Shown here: positions 1-10,500 of the stretch, piece after piece
How positions within the stretch are numbered: the stretch's first letter is position 1
Layout: every line of letters begins with the position of its first letter
Origin: a virus
Lineage: Duplodnaviria; Caudoviricetes
Reading direction: 5' to 3' (one strand)
Virus record (IMG/VR): IMGVR_UViG_3300037427_003387
Span: 1 to 29,900 of that record
DNA: 29,900 nt
Translations under genes and position numbers: made by a program
Notes under the pieces: generated by a model
Told to the model about the DNA's origin: nothing
The model's input: only the letters and a program-made list of their open reading frames with translations
Databases searched by the model: none

Positions 1-1457
1 CCCCCATCTAAACAAATCTGGTTTTCAAACTCAGTGCCAGTGTTAACTAAGTCAATAATACCATCACCAAATTGTTGTACACCCTCACTATCAGTATACT
101 CTTCATCATCATCTTCAAACTTTCTATTAAGTATTAAACTTAATGGTGTAGTGAATGCAACAATGTCTTCACCTGGTGCTTCTAGTAAGATGTGAGGTTC
201 TACACCTGTGCCTGATGCTCCAGCAGTACCAGCTACAAATGCTATAATCTTAGACTTCTCATTGGATCTACCACCATCAATGAATGCCAATTCATCAACT
301 TCAAAGGTTAAATATAGTGCCCTTTGAGTGACATCCCAGTCATATACAATAGCAACTCGGTTATTAGATGATTCAATAACCCTTCTAACCTTGTCAGTTA
401 CTTGGAAACTATATGCAGATAGTCCTGTATTAGGATCATCTTGTAAGTTATCTAAGATAACCTTCTGGTCAAATCGGAAGTTAACACCCCTGTCACAACC
501 AGTAAATGCATCATAATCATCACCATTAGACCTAGCTTGCTTGCCAGTATATCTTATGATCTCTCTACCGAGAAGAATCTTACCAGAACCTGCATATGGA
601 TCAGTAGTCTGGACATATATTGTACCTGTACTTGAACTGACATTGGTAGTTATTCCAGTCAGGTCATATACAGTGGAGTTAAGAGACTGTCTATTTCTTG
701 CCTCTCTAATCAGGTTAGTATCTCTAGTAAAGATAACTTCTGGAGGGGTAGTATATCCTCCACCACCTGTCAATAGGTTTATTTCGGTAATCTTACCAAG
801 GTTAATACCTGCCTCAGCAGTAGCACCTGATCCACCACCCTTAATAAGTTGTATCAATGGTGGCTCTTCAAAGAATTCACCTTGATTAGTTAATGTAATA
901 GCAGAAACTTCACCAAACTGATTAACATTAGCAACACCTGTAGCACCTTGTCCACCACCACCGCTAATGATAATATTTACATCTTCCTCTGTGTAGTTAC
1001 GACCTGCTTGCTGAATAGCAAGACCAGTAATCAATCCTGTCACTGGTACCAATTCAGATCCTGACCCACCACCTCCGAGTATTTGAGCACTAGCATCAAA
1101 ATAACCATCACCAGGGACAGTCATTTGAATAAAGTCTAACTCACCACTCTCCTTAAGGAAGATATTACCTCTTGCAGATCCATCACTACTTTCATCATCT
1201 ATCTGAAGACGTAATGGGTCATATCCTTCACCTGGATCTAAAATTTCTACAGCAGTCAATTCACCTAAGTCACCTTCTATGACTGCTCTTAATACTGCAT
1301 CTCTTATAGGAGTACCGCAATTCTCAACTCTCAATCTTGGCGGGTCGTTAGGATCATATCCACTACCCTTCTCAAGTACATAAACATCCCTGACCCCAAA
1401 GATACTATTAAATATCGGGGTTATCTGAGCACCGCTACCTGGGACTGTTCTTACCAT
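1..1457 (-). CDS. Cyanomyovirus structural (baseplate/tail-associated) protein, 3'-truncated by the window edge (>=485 aa)
   Basis: Absent from the ORF track because no stop lies in the window. ATG at 1457-1455 sits 1 nt after the TAG of the upstream gene. Hand translation begins MVRTVPGSGAQITPIFNSIFGVRDVYVLEKGSGYDPNDPPRLRVENCGTP and the same frame reads ...VYDWDVTQRALYLTFEVDELAFIDGG...FENQICLDG at the edge. It carries the Gly-rich 'G.GY...I.GGGG.GA.A' repeats also seen in the giant protein. Confidence 0.88.
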   Translation of the reverse strand, partial: MVRTVPGSGAQITPIFNSIFGVRDVYVLEKGSGYDPNDPPRLRVENCGTPIRDAVLRAVIEGDLGELTAVEILDPGEGYDPLRLQIDDESSDGSARGNIFLKESGELDFIQMTVPGDGYFDASAQILGGGGSGSELVPVTGLITGLAIQQAGRNYTEEDVNIIISGGGGQGATGVANVNQFGEVSAITLTNQGEFFEEPPLIQLIKGGGSGATAEAGINLGKITEINLLTGGGGYTTPPEVIFTRDTNLIREARNRQSLNSTVYDLTGITTNVSSSTGTIYVQTTDPYAGSGKILLGREIIRYTGKQARSNGDDYDAFTGCDRGVNFRFDQKVILDNLQDDPNTGLSAYSFQVTDKVRRVIESSNNRVAIVYDWDVTQRALYLTFEVDELAFIDGGRSNEKSKIIAFVAGTAGASGTGVEPHILLEAPGEDIVAFTTPLSLILNRKFEDDDEEYTDSEGVQQFGDGIIDLVNTGTEFENQICLDG

Positions 1458-1458
1458 A

Positions 1459-2940
1459 CTAGACTACCGTTAAGTTTCCTACCATTGCTGGATGTAATGT
1501 GCACTGGTAAACATAAGTTGTACCAGCAGCAAGTGATTGAGGCACTGTCCAATATTGGACTCCCTGATCAGATCCACTAACACCATCTGTGACTGCTGTA
1601 CCACCAGAAGTCTGTCTTAAAGCAAGAGGGTGTGCAGATCCAGTTACATTATTTAATCTGTATGTAAATCCTCTATAAACAAATACAGTTGGGTTGTCAG
1701 TAGAGGCATTAACTCCACCACCTGCAAGTCTATATGCACCGTTACCATTAGCAGTGAAATTAATTCCAACAGCAGCAGACTCAACTGGCTCCCATGCAGT
1801 ACCATTAAAGATGATATTGTCATTCTCAGCAGGAGTACTGCTAAGATATAAATCTGCATTTACTGTTAATGTATTTGCAGTTGCAACAGTGGTTACACCC
1901 TGGCCACCTGCCACGTTAAGAGTGGAAGTTGATAGGGCAGCAGTTGTAGTACCACTATCTCCAGTGACTGTTCTAAAGACTTCCTGAACTACATTAGGTG
2001 AGTCGTTTGTAATCGTGAGATTATCTCCACTGATAGCAGTACTAACACCAGTCCCACCAACGAAGTTAATAGTAGCAGTTGCACTACCTGCGGTTTTGTT
2101 TCCTGAGTCACTGCCTATTACAGAGTATAAGTTTTGATCTGGAGCACCTAATGCTCCTGTCATGTTTATTGTGAGGGTGTCTCCTGCGATTGCAGTCGAG
2201 ATATTAGTGCCTCCCGCAACTGTAAGAACATCAGTAGGAGCACTAGCAGTAGTACTGCCAGTGTCAGCAGTGATTCCTTCAAATAAATTTTGAGTGGTTC
2301 CACCGCCACCACCACCTGATGAATCATCGTTTGCAGGTTCCCATGCAGAGTTGCCAGCATTCCATTTAATAACTTGTCCATCACTAGGTCCGCCTCCAAC
2401 GGTCATATCTACGTCGCCAAGATCACCAAGACTATGATCTTCGCCTATAATCTTCTTCCAACCACCACTGGTTGCAACTCTTGCTGTGTTATCAGCAATT
2501 ACAAGAGCAAACATACCATCATGTGTACCAGAATTTGGTAAATCACCAGTAGTAGCAAAAGAATTAGTATACTTTAACTTACCATCAGCACCGTCAATGT
2601 ATGTTAAAGCGGATCCTGTGCCACCAGCCCAGAGTTTAATATCTCCTGTGCCATTTGGTTGGACAGTTATGTCACCATCAGATGATGATATAATTTTATT
2701 ACCATTGACATCTATATCTCCAGTAAACTTACTGAAATCTCCCTCAGCAAACTGAGCACCATTCCATTTTAGAATTTGATCAGCAGCAGGAGTGCCAACA
2801 TTGATTTGTAAGTTGGTATCGTTTCCGAGATTGGTATACAATTCATCAATGACGCTATTCAATTTAATAGCACCATCTCTTAGACTGTCACCAGTCCCAT
2901 CGTTTGCCGACGATCCAATTGCTAGGGTTTGCTTTGCCAT
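1459..2940 (-). CDS. T4 gp9/gp10-family baseplate/tail-fibre connector-like protein with C-terminal cupredoxin-like domain (493 aa)
   Basis: N-terminus MAKQTLAIGSSANDGTGDSLRDGAIKLNSVIDELY matches the T4 gp9/gp10 N-terminal motif (IG...DGTGD.LR.G..K.N...ELY). Fibre-like repeats occupy the middle. The C-terminus carries H437...C480-x2-H483-x2-M486. Confidence 0.85.
   Translation of the reverse strand: MAKQTLAIGSSANDGTGDSLRDGAIKLNSVIDELYTNLGNDTNLQINVGTPAADQILKWNGAQFAEGDFSKFTGDIDVNGNKIISSSDGDITVQPNGTGDIKLWAGGTGSALTYIDGADGKLKYTNSFATTGDLPNSGTHDGMFALVIADNTARVATSGGWKKIIGEDHSLGDLGDVDMTVGGGPSDGQVIKWNAGNSAWEPANDDSSGGGGGGTTQNLFEGITADTGSTTASAPTDVLTVAGGTNISTAIAGDTLTINMTGALGAPDQNLYSVIGSDSGNKTAGSATATINFVGGTGVSTAISGDNLTITNDSPNVVQEVFRTVTGDSGTTTAALSTSTLNVAGGQGVTTVATANTLTVNADLYLSSTPAENDNIIFNGTAWEPVESAAVGINFTANGNGAYRLAGGGVNASTDNPTVFVYRGFTYRLNNVTGSAHPLALRQTSGGTAVTDGVSGSDQGVQYWTVPQSLAAGTTYVYQCTLHPAMVGNLTVV
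1462..1740 (-). other. Cupredoxin-like domain with intact type-1 copper ligands
   Basis: GSAHPLAL (His at 1630-1632) then YVYQCTLHPAMVGNLTVV (Cys 1501-1503, His 1492-1494, Met 1483-1485). The C-x2-H-x2-M spacing is that of amicyanin. Confidence 0.7.
1860..2290 (-). repeat. Three ~50-aa protein repeats in the 493-aa gene
   Basis: NLFEGITADTGSTTASAPTDVLTVAGGTNISTAIAGDTLTIN / NLYSVIGSDSGNKTAGSATATINFVGGTGVSTAISGDNLTITN / EVFRTVTGDSGTTTAALSTSTLNVAGGQGVTTVATANTLTVN; boundaries approximate. Confidence 0.85.
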
Positions 2941-2960
2941 GATAGTAGTCGTTACAGTGT

Positions 2961-2968
2961 TATTTAGG
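2961..2968 (-). promoter_or_regulatory. Putative T4-like late promoter core (CCTAAATA) overlapping the upstream stop codon
   Basis: Minus strand reads CAC-C-TAA-ATA-ACACTGTAACGACTACTATC-ATG. It resembles the T4 late consensus TATAAATA and lies 20 nt before the ATG at 2940. Confidence 0.55.
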
Positions 2969-4559
2969 TGCCATCGTAAGTTTGTAATGTAGAGTCCATA
3001 GTAGATGAGGTACTATCGAATCTATTATCGGTGCTACCACCACTTCCTGTGCCAGTAACTGTTAGTGTTACTGCATTAGAATCTAGTGGTGAGTTAGATG
3101 CTGCTGCTGGTGCCCCTATAGGACCAGCGATCCTACAACGATACTTGTATCCAGTCATATATGACAGGGCAGTGACTGAATACGTGTTAGTTGTTGCTCC
3201 AGTTATAGCAGCGAATGCAAATCCACCATCTGTAGATCTATACCACTGGAATGCCACTGGTCCGTCCTCTGGACTGACAAGTTTAGTAACTGTAAATGTA
3301 GCAGTTTCACCAGCATTGACAGTAGCATTTTGTGGTTGTAGTGAGAATGACAAGACAGGTAAAGGACCATCTCCAGCACCGCCTCCATCGCCTCCAGAAG
3401 CAGGTGTTTCACTAGTGAAGGTAGTATCAATAGTTTCTCTAGTCTTTAATCCAATAATAAAAGGAAACTTAGTAATATCTGTGTTAGTTTCATCTACTGT
3501 TAGGAAATATGCATAGGTACCATCCTGATATTCAGGTGTAATAGCAAATCTTCCATTGTGAATATCTAAATCACCTGTCCCTTCAGCATATTCATAGTCC
3601 TCCATGAGAGTACCAGCAGGAGGATTGTCACTTGTATTTCCATAATCAGGTCTTCCTGCAATTTCGGTGTCTCTGACAGCATAAGAAGTCCTCATTGTCC
3701 TAGTACCACTCAAATTATCGAATGGTGTGCTATATCCATACGGTCCATAGATGGGGAATCCATCAAATGATATACCAATCATCTTGGAATGACCGTCTGG
3801 GTGACGAATATTATTTCCATTATACTGAGTTGCACCATAATAGTCGTTATATGATGCCATAGATGACCCTGATTTCCAACAATCTAGGAAATGTGGGTCA
3901 TGATAGTGGTAAATTCCAGATTGCTCTGGGTGACCACCACAGTTATCCTCTCCAGAATTGACAAAACTGAGATCACCAGCAGCAACCCAACTAAAACCAG
4001 AGGGAGGATTGAGTCCACTACCAGCAGAAGGGTTAAAAATGGCAACTCCATTGCCAGCAATACCAATTTGACCTAAAGGAGTATCAAGTCTTGCATTTCT
4101 CTGGTCAAAATACTCCATTGTGCCACTAACAGGAGTAGTTGCTTGATCATCTACAATGAAATCTAGTGTTGTATCTGAAGATAACCAACACTCACCTTCA
4201 ATAGAAGTGAATGTTGTGCTCTTAAATACGAATTTTTGCTTCAATCCATCACTAAAGTTAACAAATATATGATCATCAACACGTATATCTGCTGCACCAC
4301 CAGTGAAAAGTGCTAAGTCGTTTGTGGAGATTGTTGCTCTTCTAACAAATCCGTCATGCGTATATCCAGTATTATCAAATGTGCGAGCAATTCCAAATGT
4401 TCCTCCACGGTATAAGAAGTCATGATCCCAATCCTTCTCCTGTATAGTGTTAGGGTTATTATCGTTAGGAAACGCACCAGGAATCACAGGAGCAGGGAGG
4501 GCATCCGATGCTACTGTGATTATTTTAGTTGCGTTATTGTAGGAAGCTGTTGCTGCCAT
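2964..4559 (-). CDS. YHYH-domain protein with C-terminal Ig-like domain (531 aa), probable virion protein
   Basis: Motifs IGIAGNGVAIFNP, CGGHPEQSGIYHYHDPH, HSKMIGISFDGFPIYGPYGY and DLDIHNGRF...YAYFLT...FPFIIG define YHYH. A Gly linker is followed by the Ig-like QPQNATVNAGETATFTV...FQWYRS...YKYRCRI. The tail is FDSTSSTMDSTLQTYD. Confidence 0.88.
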   Translation of the reverse strand: MAATASYNNATKIITVASDALPAPVIPGAFPNDNNPNTIQEKDWDHDFLYRGGTFGIARTFDNTGYTHDGFVRRATISTNDLALFTGGAADIRVDDHIFVNFSDGLKQKFVFKSTTFTSIEGECWLSSDTTLDFIVDDQATTPVSGTMEYFDQRNARLDTPLGQIGIAGNGVAIFNPSAGSGLNPPSGFSWVAAGDLSFVNSGEDNCGGHPEQSGIYHYHDPHFLDCWKSGSSMASYNDYYGATQYNGNNIRHPDGHSKMIGISFDGFPIYGPYGYSTPFDNLSGTRTMRTSYAVRDTEIAGRPDYGNTSDNPPAGTLMEDYEYAEGTGDLDIHNGRFAITPEYQDGTYAYFLTVDETNTDITKFPFIIGLKTRETIDTTFTSETPASGGDGGGAGDGPLPVLSFSLQPQNATVNAGETATFTVTKLVSPEDGPVAFQWYRSTDGGFAFAAITGATTNTYSVTALSYMTGYKYRCRIAGPIGAPAAASNSPLDSNAVTLTVTGTGSGGSTDNRFDSTSSTMDSTLQTYDGT

Positions 4560-4571
4560 TGTTTTTACTTT

Positions 4572-4579
4572 TATTTAGA
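4572..4579 (-). promoter_or_regulatory. Putative T4-like late promoter core (TCTAAATA) overlapping the stop codon of the giant gene
   Basis: Minus strand reads ATC-TAA-ATA-AAAGTAAAAACA-ATG. It has the same CTAAATA core as 2961-2967 and lies 12 nt before the ATG at 4559. Confidence 0.55.
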
Positions 4580-7500
4580 TGTCATCAAAGATCAGATTAG
4601 GTGTGAAGTTACTGATTACAGTAGCACCTGTCTGGACGCTTAAGATAGCGGATAGTGAGTAAACTGGAGTTGCACCAGCAGCAGTGATTGCGACTCTGTA
4701 TTCGTCACCATCGTCTGCCTGTGCTGTAGCATTTGTGTTGTATGTTGCTTGGTTAGCACCAATGATGTTGCTCCAAGTCTGTGTACCATACTCCTTCTTC
4801 TGCCACTGATAATTCATTGTTTGACCATTAGTTACCGTAGTAACGACTGTGAATGCAGCAGTATTACCTTGGTTAACAGTTACGTTAACTGGATCCTGTG
4901 TGATTGCAATTGTGCCAGGAGTGATTCCACCACCACCACCTTCTTCACCAGATGGTCCTTCGCCTGCGAGCACGTCAAATCCACCGTTAATTGGACCACC
5001 TGTAGGTGGTACGAAATCATCTGGGACTACGTTATCGATTGCAACCGTTGGTGCGGTATAACCAACACCACCAGTCTTAACATCAATACGTGTAATACCC
5101 ATCAATGCTTTAAGTTTTCCATCAAATCCTGAAGAGGAGATAACGTCAACGTTAGGACGGTCATTGTAACCATCACCAGGATTGGTTAGTACTGCGTTAG
5201 TAATCTGACCAGAGGTTATTGCTGAAATAGCATCAGCGTTTCTACCCTTAACAGATCCAGTGTATTCAAATGTGATCAGTGAGTTAGAAGACTCAATTAG
5301 AGCAACTTCTCTTGCAAATTCTTCACCCTCGATGTCAAGTAAATCGCCAGCTTCAACTGGTGGGACTACTGTTGCTGCAATAACGTCAGCGTCAGATCCA
5401 ATGTATGAGAAACCAACGAATGTTGATCCCGCACGTGGGACTTCAGCGAATATTATACGTGAACCAACGATCTCATATGCGACTCCAGGTTCCTGAATGA
5501 TACCGTTAAGTGAAACGATAATATTATTCTCAGGACGGATAGTGTTGGAAGAAACACCCTCAGTCAATGTTAAGGAGTAGAATAGTCCACTACGCTTAAG
5601 GTTGAATGAAGATCTCAATGAGTCAAACTCGAAGGAGATATCATCTAACTGACGTAACTTACCAACGTAATATCCAATGAATTCAGATCCAATCTCAGGT
5701 GCCTCAGCAAATTGTATTTTGTCAGAGAATGCAACGTAAGAAGCATTACCACCAGGAGGTTGTAGGATACCATTAACGAATGCTAACAAGTGACCAGCAG
5801 GATCAGGGAAGTATGCCTGACCATTAGAAATGGTTAGATCAAATATTGTTTGGACTCCATCAAATCCTCTGAAGTAACGATCAACTCTACCCTCTAGTGT
5901 GCGAGCAGAAGAAACACCTGCACCCCATCCAAAGTCAGACTTGAGTGACATGTTATCAAGGAATGTACCACTAGCAGACTGTACCCAGATAGTAGCAGTA
6001 ATACCTGCTTGCTCTATAGCAACCACCTGTGCGTAAGACTGATAATCAACTGCGGTGTATCCACCAACACCAGCATATATTGTTGGGAAGTTTGATCCAA
6101 TATCAATCTTACCAATATTATTACCAGCTTGTGTTAGGTCTGTTAGAGGAGCACCAACACCAACGGGGTTGATATTAGCAATCCAGAGTTTATGTGATAA
6201 TGGTGGTACAGCAGTTGCATCTTCTTCTTGATACTTGGTAACAACAGCAGTGAATCCTGGATTCTTCTGGACGGTACCTTGTAAGAGAGAAACAGTATCA
6301 CCAACGTTGAATGTATCAGAGATACCAGTATCAACAATTGCTAGTCCTAGATCTAACTCTAGAGTCTGGACACCATGTATCCACTGATTAAGTTGAAGTT
6401 GTGTACCACTAATACCCTTAATATCTAAGATGTAATCAGTAACACTACCGTAAATAATATCACCTGGGATCCATGCTTCTCCTAGAGTTTCTACATCAAT
6501 TGCAATTCTACCACCCTCATTATCTGTTAGGGATCCAGACTTACTTGAATAATTATCCATGTATGCTTCAACGGATCCAACCTTACTGAAGAACCAATCG
6601 CCTGTAGCGAATGCTCCATTCTTAACATTGATTAAGAATCTATCAGTAGGAGTACCGACTGTATGCTCTGCACCACTATCAACACCTTCAATTACATCAC
6701 CATTAGCAATGGTACCAGCAACAGTATGAAGTTTCACGAATGATACACCTGACTCACTATCAGGTTTCAACATCTGTAATACAGATCCATTATTACCAAC
6801 TGCTCCCTGTACTTGTGCTACTTCTCCATTTACAAATTGATCGTATGTTCCTGGAGTTGTCTGTGAAGCAACAGTTGGATAATGAGTAAAGAGTTTGTAA
6901 ATCTCACCTTCGTTTTGTTGAATAGTACCAATCTCAGCGTTAGCATTAGATGAGGATCCAAAGACAACATCAGCAGGATTAAATCCACCTTGTATTGGGC
7001 ATTCTGAAGGATCAGATGCGAATGTAGCAGTAGATCTTGTAATACCACTTCTTCTTTCAACTGCCAATATCTGAGATCCAGCGTTGGACTTGTCTATTTG
7101 AAGTAATCTAAATCTACCATCATGGATATATGAAGCACCGATTTCAAACCATTGGGCAGTACCAGTTAGGACATAGAAGTGCGGTTGACCAGTAAGTCCT
7201 GTCAATGAATTCTCAGATGCAGGAATGTATGTTAATACATCACCACGACGGAAGTTATTAGGACGATTAATTCTAATTCTATACTCAGCACGATCATAAC
7301 CTACATTAACTTCAGGTGTTAAACTTACTAGATCAGGATCAGTGTTATAGTCAATACCCATCTCATACTTAGTAACACGGTTAGTAGCATCAGTAGATGA
7401 AACGAATGTTACTCTTGCCTCAGTTGGGAATTGTGACATCTCTAGAGCATACTCAATTGGGTTGAGTGAAGAGTCAATCATAAACTCAGCAGCTTCTTTA

Positions 7501-10500
7501 TTCCACTCTAATTTCTGTGGTGCTGGTATGAAGTAAACATCATATGGATCCCAACCAGTTTCAGCAAAGTCAAACAATACACTCTTACTATATTCACGTA
7601 TTCTTGCTAGACAGAATAGGAGATGAGTCCTTGTTACATTCTGGAATGCAATGAAGTTACCTTCACCATCAAACCAGTTTTGTGATAATCTAAATGATCC
7701 AGAATTACCAGAGGTTACCAAATCATATCTTACTGCCTTAATAACATCATTAGCGAAATCAATAGTTAAGTTAGTAGTTGGATAATTTGTTTGAGTCTCA
7801 GCGAATGCTCTACCAGCAATTGCTTGCTGATTGAAGAGAATCATATTAGCAATTCTCTTATTGTTATTTTCTCCCTTACCAAGTGCATCAGTAAAGAAGT
7901 CCATCAATGTATCAATCGCTGATGTTACGTTATAACATGTACCTTCTTGGTAATCAGCATTGCTATTGTATGGGAATGTCTTGGTTATTCCACTAAGAGC
8001 ATTGCCGTTGCCATTTGCTGCATCACTAATAGTATCAATGAATATATCAGCTAATGTATTAATACCAGCAGCAGTTTCAGCACATGTTATATTCCATGTA
8101 CCTTGATCATCTTGACCACCATTTGAGAAGTCATAGGTAACATCAACATCTCTAATAACAACATCTGGTGTATACTTGACGGGCCAAACAATTGGCATAT
8201 CGTATGATCTAAGTGCAACGTTATTAGGATTGCTAATAGCATCCGTTACTAACTGCATTAATGTACCAATCTGAGATTCTACATTAGCACCTTCATTACC
8301 TGTATATTGAGTTGAAACTCTACGTGCACGATAGTATGATAGATCTGTCCTGAGTGGATATGCATAAGATAGTACTGACTGGACAGGCATTATCTTACCG
8401 TCAGCGTAATCTGTCACACGAGGATATGTGTGGTTAGTAGCATTACTATCTTGACTACATGTGAATGTTAGTCCACCAGTATCAATCGTTACAGCATCAT
8501 CTGTGCGTAATGCATGACCAGCAACAGTTAACGTTAGTTGACCTGTAGTTGGCTCATAGTATGCATCCGTAGGAGTTAATGTTGTGCCATCGTTGACATT
8601 AGTAATACAATTAGATGCAGCACTTACAAAGTTATGCTTATAGTTACCACCCTGTATAATACATCCAGAGTTTGCACTCACGAATGTGTGCTGGAATGTT
8701 TTACCAGCAGGTGATACACCTACGTTAATTCTTATCTTACCATTCTGTATTCTAATTCCTTTCTCAATACATGACTTAAATGTATGATTTCCTAGGAATG
8801 TTGATGGGACACCTTTAAGTACTTGGACATCAAATTGAGTTGTAGTTACATTAGATACTGCCAACCATTCATTACTTGCATGGTCTGTAGCACGAGGATA
8901 TAAGTGCTCAGTACGGTGAGCATCTAGATCACATGTAAATGCTAAGGCATGATCTTTTATGTAAATGTAATCATTTGCTTTCCATATACCATTCTCCTTA
9001 GCAGAGATAAAGGTATGTTGATAATTACCACCACCTATAACAGCACCAGGTAATGCACTATAGAATGAATGATCATAAAGATTATTTGAAGCAGCAATAT
9101 TTACATCAACTGTAATCCAACCACTCTGTCTGTGTAGAGAGTTATTCTTAAATACCTCGAATGTATGAGTGTGGTTACCACCAGCAGTAATGGCACCTGA
9201 AGTAGCAGAAGCAAATCTGTGTGTATGGTTACCAGCAACAGTAGATCCTACATTAACAGTGAATGTAGAATTCTTCTTCTCTAATCCTTCAGAAACAGCA
9301 CTTACATATGCGTGTGTATATTCACCACCACCTCTAACTGTGCCTCTAATGATTGCACCAGTAGCAGCAGATTCAAATTGGTGAGTTGTAGTATTAGAAG
9401 AAACTCCTACGTTAACATCAAATGTATTTGTCTGCTTATTAGTGATTGTTAACCAGTCACCAGAAGCAGGGTCTTGTCTTCTAGGATAAGCATGATCACT
9501 TGCAAAACTATCTTCCTGACACTGGAATACAATAGACTCATTCATTATCTGAACCTTATCACCATTCTCAAATGGGTGACCGTTGAGTGTCAATGTTAAT
9601 ATACCTGTACCTGGAGCATATGCTGCACTTGATGGAGTAAAGGCATTTTCAGATCTTACAAATTGATGAAGTGTAGTGTTACTTGACTTACCAACATGTA
9701 CTGTAATTGTCTTAGCAGTAGCAGAAAGGATAGGGATAGACTCATTGTAATATGGGTCATCAGCAGTAGCACCACCGTTACCATTAGCACGAGGATACTT
9801 ATGCTCACTACCAAAGTTATCTGCCTGACACTTGAATACTAGTGACTCTTCCTCAATATAGACTGCTTCAGATGCAACCTTAAGTCCATTAGTACCAGCA
9901 GACACAAATGTGTGTGGTGAAGTTACAGACTGAGGAGCAGAAGATAGGACTTGGACATCAAATGTATCATCAGTGATATTTGTAATATCTAACCATCTAT
10001 CACTTGCATAGTCAGTAGATCTTGGGTATGTGTGATTGTCAGTAGGATTATCAGCATTAGCAATACCCACTTGGACATCAATTGTAGTTGCTTGTGGATT
10101 CAATACTGCAAGTTGCTGCCCAGATGCAGGGTCAGTTGCACGTGGATATGCGTGGTTTGTTGCATTATTATCAGCATCACAAGTAAACGTTACACCACCA
10201 TTAGCAATGGTAACTGTATTTGAAGTTGTTAAACTATGTGATCCAATTTCCAAGGTCATCACACCTGTGGTTGGATTATAAGTTGTGCCAGAAGCAGCTG
10301 TGTATGTGCTACTACCATCATTAACAGCATTGTTAACACCACTTACAAATGCGTGGGTGCCAGTAGATGCAGCACAATTAAATGTTATGGAGTTATCGTC
10401 AAACTTAACTCTGTCTCCGATGACCAATCCATGACCAACTACTGTCGATGTTAATATACCAGTTGTAGGATTATATGCAGCATTAGTAATTGTATGCTCT

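Noticed and set aside
1459-2940. Calling this gene petE (plastocyanin)
   Set aside because: The copper motif is a C-terminal domain of a structural protein, has amicyanin-like spacing, and there is no signal peptide.
4560-4580. Programmed frameshift or readthrough fusing the giant gene to the 531-aa gene
   Set aside because: The two ORFs share a frame across a 15-nt gap, but the stop is a TAA, I saw no recoding signal, and the next gene has its own ATG and promoter-like motif. It cannot be supported from sequence.
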